A program made the position numbers and the translations under genes. A DNA stretch of 63,727 nucleotides, counting the filler, from Bigelowiella natans CCMP2755 (lineage: Eukaryota > Protista > Cercozoa): assembly GCA_000320545.1 (NCBI GenBank). It is 5 parts of 5 records of this genome, joined end to end, with 100 filler letters (N's around TTAATTAATTAA, not from the genome) between each part and the next. Parts side by side here need not be neighbours in the genome. Positions count along the whole stretch, not along the records: positions 1 to 14,422 come from ADNK01003298.1; 4 more parts are not named here. One strand, 5' to 3'. Positions 1-9,965 of the stretch are shown here, piece after piece; position 1 is the stretch's first letter; each line of letters starts with the position of its first letter. Below the pieces are notes generated by a model that was not told where the DNA came from, ran no database searches, and saw only the letters and a program-made list of their open reading frames with translations.

Positions 1-160
1 GGGGGGGGGAGAGGAAGAGAGACGGGGGGGACAGAACGAATGTATTTAGTACCAGTGTTGTGTTATCCCTCATAAAAGATTAACTTTCTATTTTCCTCTC
101 ACTTCTTCTTCTTCTCCTTCTCCCCTTCCCCCTCCCCCCTCGCCCTTTTTACTACCTCAG

Positions 161-1467
161 GTGCACACGAACTACTGCCTATTCATGCCTATCTACGACA
201 AGGTCTTCGGAACCTACTGCTCGGAGAGCGAGAAGACGTACGCCAGCTCTCGATTACATATAGACGCCATGACAACAAGCATAAACCCACGTGCTCCGAA
301 CTGCTATGATAGGTACACACGTGCAATCAACACCAAGTCTGAGGATGTGCCCTCGCCCGACGTCATCTTCCTCGCACACGGCGGACCGCTAGGACAAATT
401 CTGCAGATCCCCTTCATCTCCAAGACCGTTTCAGCTCACAAGTAAGGGCTGCTTCTCGTTTTAAAAGGGGATGAGAAGATGAGGGAGGTGGAGGGGGGAG
501 GGGGGGGAGGGGGGCAACGAAAGCGCCAAAGATACCTAATAGCACGCCGTATCTGAGCGAAACAAAAACATCGAGCTATTATTAACATTCATACGTCCTC
601 TCTTCGTACGCATATGAAAGCTCACGCCTCTACCCTTACCTCCTCTCCCTCCCTCTCCCTCCTTCTTTTCCATCATCATCATCATCGTCGTCGTCGTCGT
701 CATCATCATCAGATTCGAGATGCAATGGTGGATGTACCCGATTATGCCATTGATCATGGCAATGGTACCCTTGCTTGAGCTCTTTGGGACGCACTTCGAG
801 AACGCCTCAGCGTATATCCGTCGCGAGGTGTGTGTGTGTGTGTGTGTGTTTGTATTTGTGCGCGTGTGTGTGTGCGCGCGCGCATCTTGCACGAGGTTCA
901 TATATCTCTTCAAGCAGAGCGATCTTAACAGCATCATCACCACCACCATCATCATCATCAAGCGCCAAAGGAGTCGTCATCATTTGGGTCATGCCTGAAC
1001 CTTGATGTTTCCTCTCAGGTTGGACTCCGAGGCAATTCGCTTAGAGCACTTAGAGCCGAGCAGTGGGCCATTGCACGCTTCGCTTACCATTATGTATCGA
1101 AATCTCACAAGGTAGTGGTAGTAGTAGTTGTTGTAGTAGTTGTAAGAATAGTCCTCAGTACTTCCTTTCATAATTATAGTTACGCTCCTTTCCCTCTCTC
1201 TCCCCTTTCCTCTCCTGCATCCTCTATTATTGTTTGTCTTCTTCTTCTCCAATTCTTCTGTGTGAGCGACGAGAATATAAACGAGAGACCATACAGCTTT
1301 TCTGTGTCTACGCATAGTTCGTTGCATACGATGTGGTGTGAGTGGCCCGTCTCTCTTCTTCGTGGTTGTTTGCGTAGGCGTCCATCGCCAAGCTGATCGA
1401 GGGCGCAGTGCTGGATGCAGATAGGAAAGGTGAAGAAGATAAAACGATGGTGATGATGACGGCGAGA

Positions 1468-1503
<36 letters not shown>

Positions 1504-2814
1504 GCAGCGTGCTTCTTCTCCCTCCTCCCTATTATCCATTAATCCCTCTCCTGAATCATCCCCTCCCCCCCCCCTCCGCCACCCTCTCTGTAGGCTGCCA
1601 GGTGATGGGGCTCGGTGCGTTTAACAAGGCCTGGTGGATCAACAAAGGCGGCGACGACGTCGTGAACAAGTACCCGCAGCTGAGAATGAGACTTGTACAC
1701 GGGAACACGCTCACGGCGGCGTGCGTCCTCAATTCCCTGCCTCCCTGCACAAAGCACGTCTTCTTCACAGGATGCACCTCCAAGGTGAGAGAAGAGAGAG
1801 AGAAGAGAGGAGAGGGGGGAGAGGAGAGAGGGAGGGGGTTGATGATGGCAAAGGCCATATGAAACGCCTTTTCCTGATGAGATCCGCTCTCCTGCTGCTC
1901 CTCCTTCTGTTTTTAGGTTGGAAGGGCACTGGCTGTGCGTCTTGCAATTGAGGGCAAGATCGTCATTATGCGTACTGACAGCCAGGTAAACGAAGAAGAA
2001 GAAGAAGAAGAAGAAGAAGAAGAAGAAGAAGGCAACAGCAACAAACAAACAAACAAAAGGAGAATACGAGTTTTGACTACGGGCAGTGTCCTGATTTTCC
2101 CCTTCCGTACGCGTGGAGAGGCGCGCGTTTGCACATTCGCGCTGTTGGCTATTTTTTTGGTCGGCGGTTGCTTCTCATCGCCGTCATCGTCATCGTCATC
2201 GTCATAAATAACCATTCATCCATTCATCCATTCACCATCAGGAGCGATTCGATATGATCGTGGAAGACGTCAAGAAGTACGACATCGAGGGTGGCAATGC
2301 CCACGAGAACCTTGTCAAGGCTAACAGGTCGGTGGAGGGGTGAAACCCTATGATAGAGGATCGGGTGTAAGAGGGGGGCATGAGGCATAGCAAGCTCGTA
2401 TCACATCATGAGCTTTATCCTTCTGACAACAAGATCTTCTTCCTCCCCCCCCCCCCCTCCCTCTTCTCGTTCAATTTTCCTCTCGTCCCTACCAGCATGA
2501 AGGAGGGCGCGAAAGCGGAGGTTTGGCTAATCGGGAAGTTTCTGAAGGACGTCGACCACAAGTTTCTCCCCCCCAAGAGCCTCGCGCTCTACTTCTGTTT
2601 CCCCCCCCCCCGCACCATCCGAAAGGACGTTACGTACGTTAACGTCGGAGCTTTGCAGGCAGACTCTAAGAGGCTTGAGGGGTATGAGCAGTACAGCAAT
2701 CAAACCCCTCGCCCCCCCTTCCCTCTACCCTCTCCCTCTCCCAAAAAATGCACAGCGACGTAAATTACTAAAGCGTGTTTTCAAGAGCATCTAGCGCACA
2801 CATACACGCGCGCG

Positions 2815-2858
<44 letters not shown>

Positions 2859-3801
2859 AGTGTGTTTTTAAGTGTGCGATGAGAATGATGATAACGACCA
2901 TGGGATCGATGAAATCATGGCTACGTTAGATACGTAATCCTCGTACTACCCTCCCTCCCCCCCCCCCCCCCCCCTCCCTCCTACCATCAGACTCGGAAAC
3001 TGTATGGCCGATCTCGACAGAAACGTGCTGCACGCCTGCCACGCTGGGGCTATCATCCACTGTTTAGAGCAATGGCAGCATCATGAGGTGGGCGACGTGG
3101 AATACAAAGAGCTTGATCGCGTCTGGGAGGCCGCGTGCAAGTACGGTTTCAGGCTCCCGGAGGAGTCAACGAAGAAGATCCTCACCTACCTGCACAAACA
3201 CCCTCGCGCCGGCAGCTCCAAGAAGGGCCAGTACGACCTGCAGATATCCATTGAAAGGGCCGCGGGGCGAGCTCCTCCGTCGTCGTCATCTTCTCTCTCC
3301 ACTACTACTCTTGCCACCACTTCTTCCTCCTCACAAGAAGCAGCTTCCTTTTACTACGCGTCCACCTCCTCGTCATCCTCGTCATCAACGTCCTCCTCCC
3401 CCTCCCACTCTCCAGATCGCCACAGCAAGAGGAGAAGCAGCAGCAGCAGAAGCGGCAGCAGGGGCGCGATCGCCACCAAGAGCAACAACGGCAGCCGCAG
3501 CAGCAAAGCCGAAGACGAGACGCGCTGTATGAACGATAGCGAGATCAAAGCTTGCGTCGATAAAGGAGAAGCACTGCTCATCGTAGATGGCTGGGTGGTG
3601 AACGCCACAACGTTTGCCACGTCACATCCCGGAGGGGAGGCAATCATCAACCGATACGCGGGCAAGGACGCTTCCGTCGCCATGCATGGGAGAATCTATA
3701 ACCATTCCAAAGCGGCCTTCAATATCGTCAAGAAACGAAGAATCGCTAAATACCGACCCTCCTCCTCCTCCTCCTCCACCACCTCCTCCTCCCTCTCATA
3801 G
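161..3801 (+). CDS. CER1/CER3-like: CER1/CER3 (WAX2/GLOSSY1)-family very-long-chain alkane/aldehyde biosynthesis protein fused to a C-terminal cytochrome b5 domain; 5' part lies outside the window
   Basis: GT-AG exons at ~161-441, 713-827, 1019-1111, 1378-1429, 1594-1784, 1917-1985, 2242-2327, 2496-2681 and 2991-3801 join in frame. They give HTNYCLFMPIYD, PDVIFLAHG, QWAIARFAYHY, IEGAVLDADRKG, LGAFNK..NKGG, RLVHGNTLTAA, VFFTGCTSKVGRALA, WLIGKFL and LHACHAGAIIHCLEQWQHHEVG..VWEAACKYGF, colinear with plant CER3/CER1. The last exon continues through a Ser-rich linker into SHPGGEAIINRYAGKDASVAMHGRIYNHSKAAFN (b5). Confidence 0.93.
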
Positions 3802-3978
3802 TTATTGGCAACCGGGACATGAGCGGGAGTCTCCGTGATAGGAGAAGCAGTATGAAGGCCATGCAGTGCAGCCCTCCCCCTTCTCTTGAACATCTACATT
3901 TGTGTATTTCATATCGAAATACAAATAAAAAATTAAAATACTAAAACGTAGCAGTCCGATCTTTTACAGATTGGTGTA

Positions 3979-4020
<42 letters not shown>

Positions 4021-4838
4021 GTATTGCTTCCTCCCACACACACCCACACCCCGAACACGCATGATCCAGCAACAACGCCTTCATCAGGCGCATCTACATG
4101 ACAGCTGGTACGTAACATATCGTGCTACCGGACATGATCGCCATCAAATATATCATCGTTAGTATGCATCAGCCGTTCATACTACACCACCGTGGCTGAG
4201 CGGTATGATTTAAGCACAAGAAAATCCACTGTCCAGACTGTGCCCAACGGGGAAAATTAATCGGATTACGAAAGCTCTATATCGATCGTGTGTTTGAAAT
4301 CATCATCCACTGTATATGAAAAAATGGAAAAAAAAAATAGAATCCCTTAATACGCGAGATCGCTTTGTAAATGAACGTACGCATGAAAGAAGCAAGCTGT
4401 GTGCGCGATTACTTCTTTCATTTTGCTTTCGTGTAGGTATGCGGTGTGCACATGCGCATGTAGCTCCGATGTTGCGCGCTGAAGCAATATCGTCATTTCT
4501 GGCGTGCGATGATGCATCATGCTAATGCCAAGGGATATGCAACAACAGTGGATATTGTCCTTCGCAATAATATATATCAGCTGTCGTACAAAATTCAAGT
4601 TGATATATGAAAATTAACAAGAACAATAAGTGAGCTCGGTCACTCCGACCATTATCAAGCGAGGTTGATATGGCAGTTGATGATATATAAGCGATAATAG
4701 ATTTCATTAACGTCATTTGCGAGGCTCATAATTGTATATCAATGAGAGCTACTACCCCATTTCCATCTTCTTAAATCCTCCCCCTGCTGCTGCTGCTACT
4801 ACTACTACTACTACAAACTACCATTCTACCTGTGGTGT

Positions 4839-5228
4839 CTAATTCCTACATTTGTATGCGTCATAGCAAAAAGAGCCGACAAAAGGTAACATAACTTTAC
4901 GATTTGGATATGCAATCGACAGTGCGAAGTACTTTCTTGTTGGCTGCAATTTGATCAGACACCTTTGATTTTGCGAACCAACCATAGACATGGTTAGCTC
5001 TACAGCCCTCGAAGTTGCTCCTACCGCTTTCGGCTCATTCTTCGTTCCGAACATGAGGCGCAGTACAGGCCGCACTCCCGCGAGGGCATCGATCGGTGTT
5101 GCGATTATTTTTGAGAGCCACATAACCATCACGGCAAAGGGCCCCAAACTTAGATTTCGTTCTTCAATTTCCAACGGCAAGCCTTGGAATTCGCTCTCCC
5201 TGCGTTGGGGAAATAATGTCCCCGTCAT
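4839..5228 (-). CDS. hypothetical protein (possible first exon of a small minus-strand gene)
   Basis: Non-repetitive open frame from ATG 5228 (MTGTLFPQRRESEFQGLPLEIEERN...) with a donor-like site near 4897. It sits where the alternating gene-orientation pattern predicts a minus-strand gene. No recognisable motif. Confidence 0.3.
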   Translation of the reverse strand: MTGTLFPQRRESEFQGLPLEIEERNLSLGPFAVMVMWLSKIIATPIDALAGVRPVLRLMFGTKNEPKAVGATSRAVELTMSMVGSQNQRCLIKLQPTRKYFALSIAYPNRKVMLPFVGSFCYDAYKCRN

Positions 5229-5693
5229 CCGTCGTGCGTGGCCGGGCTCGGATCGGCGCGGATTTCTTACCAGACGTCGAATCAAAACGCAGAGGATTTC
5301 CTAGGATTTCCTGGATTTCTGAAATTATTCTGCAAGTCGCACGCCGCGCGTGGACGACTGTTACGACCGTTGTCGCCACAGCGAAACAGGGCAAAGACTT
5401 CGCTTCATGCAAGCACGCAACTGTTTTCAGGAACACCCCGGCGCCTGCCCAGGCGGGGAACATGCAGGGAATTTTTGACAGGCGACGTGGACGTATTGAA
5501 AGTCGCTAAGCAAAATCTGCCTTGTTCTCCTTCCTTCTTCCAAAAAAATGTTCTGCGTGTCGCGCGGTTTGGGCTAGTTGGAGATTTTTCCCAGGAAGGA
5601 GGATGTCGTCTGTAAAAAATAGCATGAATTTTGCATAATTTTAAGGGACTCACTGGGAAGTAGTTTCCCCCCCCTCGCAAGGGGCTTGGTTAA

Positions 5694-8345
5694 ATGGGGA
5701 ACAACTGCAGCACTGACAAAAATGTGCAAAGCAGAGAAAACATTCATGAAATGCCACAACACAAGGCTGGCCCTTCGGTCCTCGACGAGCACGACAGGTC
5801 CCACAAATCTAACAAATCGGGGCGGCAGAAGATATCAACGAAAACGGCGACGACTTCTCTCCCAGAGAGCGGGTTGGGGAAGGGAACCAACTCCTTGGAT
5901 TCGATACGGGACGCAGATTCTAGAAACGAAGCAGTTGTTCTCGTTGGCAAAGGCATCGTGAGCCAGAACAACTTGCGCAAGGCGAACAACGGCATCGTTA
6001 GCCAGCCTGAGCTGGACCATGACGAGGAGGCTATTTTTGGCATGATCAAGGACAGCAAGCACTCCATCGCCGCACGCAGGCGATCCTCCGTCGAAACAAA
6101 CATATCTGGGGGTCTTGGAGGTACACTGGCAAGCACACAGTTGCAGGATAAGACTATCCCACACGACCAGGTGGCGGACGACGAGCCTTCGCCTAAGAGC
6201 AGCCATCAACTGAAGCAACCACCCGGCAAGTGCTCTCAAAAGGTATCATTTGGAATTGGTTACTAATCTCCTGAAATAGCAATTATTGAGCATACAACTT
6301 CCCTTCGTTCAGGCTGTGACCTCGGAACGGAAAGGTATATAAAAATGAGCACAAATTGTTATCCCCGAAGCCTCTGCCGCTCACTCCCGCTCTAACCATT
6401 CCACGTGCATTTTGATTCGACCACTCGCAAACAAACGTAGAATCTTCAGAGGCGGGCGCTGAGATTGTAACTAATACTAGCTCCGCGACGGCTACTGAAA
6501 TGGTAGGCTTGCATTAGTAGTAGCACATAGACCACGAGAAAGTAGCGTGTGCTAGTGTACTCGCAGCTGCGCGCCGTAGATTGAGGGGATTCTTCGTATA
6601 GAATAGGTTGAGGAGGGTGAGCTTTAAAGGAACTGATTGAAGTGGAAATGCGTGTAAGGTTTTGGATCCTGTCGAAGCAGCAGAGCTACGCGCGAAGCTC
6701 AGTGAAGCTTACGAGGCTCAAAGGCAAGCTGAGAAGGCCCAAAGGAGACTTATCACCCGTCTCCAAGTGGCAAAATCGAAAGAGGCGAAGCTGGAAGGGG
6801 AGCTTGCACAGCTCAGAGAGGACTTCCAATACAGCAGGAAGCTTTTGACCGAGGAGATCGAGCACCTCTGCAACCTGATGCAATCGAGGGCGAAGTGTGA
6901 GGAGGGAGGCGGGGGGGGAGTCGAGGGGAAGGAGACTCACAAGGAATCGGCGAAACATCTTCAGAGAGATCGATTCGCGCGGGAGAAGCTTGAGGCGGAG
7001 ATCAGAAAGCTGAGAAGTGAGAACGCGGGCATGAAGTTTAGGTTGATGCTGCAGACAGAAGCCAAGGAGTCCTTTGAAGGAAGATACAGGGTCGTGAGCG
7101 AGGAGCTTGCCTCGGTCACAGAGGACTACGAGGCCCTTAAGCAATCTCACGCCGTGGTGATGAGGAAGCTCAGGCAGCAGGACGTTTTCTCGAGGAAGCA
7201 CCACTCCGAGCACATCGATCAGATAGAGCAAGCAGTGCTGCACGCGGAGCGCTTCCAGCACCTACTGCTCTGCGAGAAGGAAGGGGTCAAGAAGATGAGA
7301 GACAGCTACGAGTGCAGGATTGAGTCGCTCATATGCCAGCTAAAAGCCATCGAGGGCCGCCATGGCGGCGACAGCAACAACGACGCTGTTGTATCTGCTG
7401 CCGTGAAAAACGTAGTCAACGATGATGACAGCAGGGGTCGTCCCATTTCTCGCCCTTGCTCTCCTGCTCAGACACCGCAACCAAGTGAAGAGACTCTCGA
7501 TGAAGATGGGTACGAAGGCAATGTACACGTAGCAGTAGCCAGCCCGCTCGATGTCATCGATGAAACGGCCTCTGAGCCGACTAATACACGCTCTTCATAC
7601 CAAGATGACAGCGTATCGAAAGACCAAAAATTCAGCCCCAGCCCTCCTACTAACATCGTCCACAAGAATGTAACAAGGAAGGGGGAACTACCTACTCCTC
7701 ACCCCCAGCAACCAACAACATCATCAGCATTATCATCATCATCATCATCATCATCACCGACAGTCCCCCCTCCTCTCCCTCCTCCTCCTCCTCCCCCCCC
7801 CCCTCCCCAATTTCCCCCCCATGAATCTCACCATCGAAAGAAGCACTCAAGTAGCTCTGTGGATAGCGTGATGGCAAAGGAGGAGGAAGAGGAGGAGGAG
7901 GAGGAGGAGGAGGAGCCGTTCTTCGTACACGGGAGGGGGGGCTCGAAAGGCAAGACAGGAAGTCGTCGATGGCAGCATTCTTCGTAATGCTGGTGTTGTT
8001 AGTAGGAGTAGTAGCGCAGAAGGGACAGTCACCGAAGCTCCTCCTCCGCGCTCTTCCGCCTACTCCCCCGCCAACAGATCGGTGCGGTCAAACAGCTCTG
8101 GAGAGAGGTCCGTGAAGTCCCACAAATCTGCGTCCTTGCGCGTCGCTAGCAGCGTGCTGCAGAACCTCCGCTCTCTGCTTGCGATGAGCATGGCAAACGC
8201 CAAAGGGAAAGAGGGGGGGTGGGGGGGTGAAGAGGAGGGCAGCAGCACGACGATAGCAGCAACGAGGAAAACTGCTGCTGCAGCTGCAGATAGCAAGATG
8301 GATACCTCGCCCCATCAGCATGAGCTCCAAGGTGTGCGTAAGTAG
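5694..8345 (+). CDS. N-terminally acylated (MGNNCS) coiled-coil protein of unknown function
   Basis: Exon 5694-~6242 begins MGNNCST (Gly2/Cys5/Ser6). Small exons lie near 6313-6333 and ~6441. A large exon from ~6610 encodes heptad-rich sequence (AELRAKLSEAYEAQRQAEKAQRRL...EKLEAEIRKLRSENAGMKFRL) and a Pro/Ser-rich tail. The frame shifts at the G-run near 7931-7941 and continues to TAG 8345. Confidence 0.7.
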
Positions 8346-8453
8346 TGGCGGAATGATAGTAGGAGGGACCAACCAGTGAGTAGTCTCCATTTCACAAATG
8401 CGCATGCAAATTGCATGTTCTTTACACATATACACACATATTATAATTAAACA

Positions 8454-8487
<34 letters not shown>

Positions 8488-9583
8488 TATACATCGTATA
8501 TATATACATATTTACTACTATTCTATCTTATTCCTTTCTCCATACTCATCGTTCGATTCGTTGACCTGAATGTTTTCCTCCTCCCCCCCCTCCCCCCTGT
8601 GATTTTGAACGACTTAACAGTAAAAAGAAGTCGAGAGTAGGGTAATTCCATCTTCTGGGCTAGCACAGACTAGCGCGCACGTAGCTGGTGACCCGCATGC
8701 ATTCCAGCAATTAAGTCTAATTCTACACATTCATCGAACGTCGCCTTGCATTCTTTTTTGATGTACTTCGCTTGCATGGCTACTTGCGCATTATTCATTT
8801 AGATTCGCTTAGCTTGCTCAAGTGATGTAGCGCTAGAGCACGCGCCGGCAGCCTGCTACGTTGCGCTGATGATCAAATGCGCGCAGCAGATTTTCACCAT
8901 ATATATACTAGATATACGAGCTGCGTTTTTGCCAGATTCATTTCTGCATGTATATATACGTAATCATTTGTTGATGGAAAAAAAAAGTCACAATGGTCAC
9001 GCTAGCTACAGAGTCTGCGATGGTGCATTACATCTAGTAGACACATAGCATGCATGTGGGAATGCCAGCGTTGCACATATGAGACGGATGTAATGAAATG
9101 TTTAAATTTTTTCAATGGTCATCCTAATGTAGCTGTGCAATGTTACACATATACTAGTACTAGGTGGCTGTAGGTATTGTCTGCGCATCATCGATCACTC
9201 GCAGCAACATGTGGCCTGTAGATCTAAGATGCATATATTCGATCGATATCAGCTAAACACAAAGATGTTACGTACTAGCGTAATGCAGTAAGTGAAAAGA
9301 AGCAATTTGGCGCGGGACATCTATCTACATGCACATAGTCAGGGTTGTGAGCTGCATGCATCTGTGCTACGACAATTTCATTCCCAGAGCTAGCAGAGGA
9401 AGCATTTACGTATTACTGATTTTTGGTCCACTACATGCTGCTCATAGCGTCTTTTGCATCTTATTGTACATGGACATTCGCAGGCAGGAACACGACTAGA
9501 CGACGCGCTGAGAGCTCCTCGGATTCAATTAGCAATATCCTTGCGCGGGGCGTCTGTCTTACGCGAGCAGCACCTTCTGCTGC

Positions 9584-9881
9584 TTAGTGGGACGATTCCT
9601 CGCCCCAGCGTGCATCTACATTCCTGCCCTCTATGCTAATAGTGTTGATCTTCTTGAGTGCTTCCTCAGCGTCCGCCCTGTCCTTGTACTCGATATAGCC
9701 CCCTGGCACCCCGTTCACCTTGTAGGTCCTCGCGAAGGTCACGGAGTCCCCGTACCTCATTCCTGTGAGGGAGGGAGGAGAGGCGCATCAATGCGTGCAT
9801 GCGACTTCAAGGACATCTTTGACAGAATATCGACGGTGTTCGACTTCGGCGTTGAGTCGTGTCGCATAGCAAAAACCATCG

Positions 9882-9927
<46 letters not shown>

Positions 9928-9930
9928 ATA

Positions 9931-9965
<35 letters not shown>

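Noticed and set aside
536-2215. Many ORFs with poly-M/H/V-C/Y-I/E-R runs here and throughout the window
   Set aside because: They are translations of intronic microsatellites or antisense frames of the real spliced genes.
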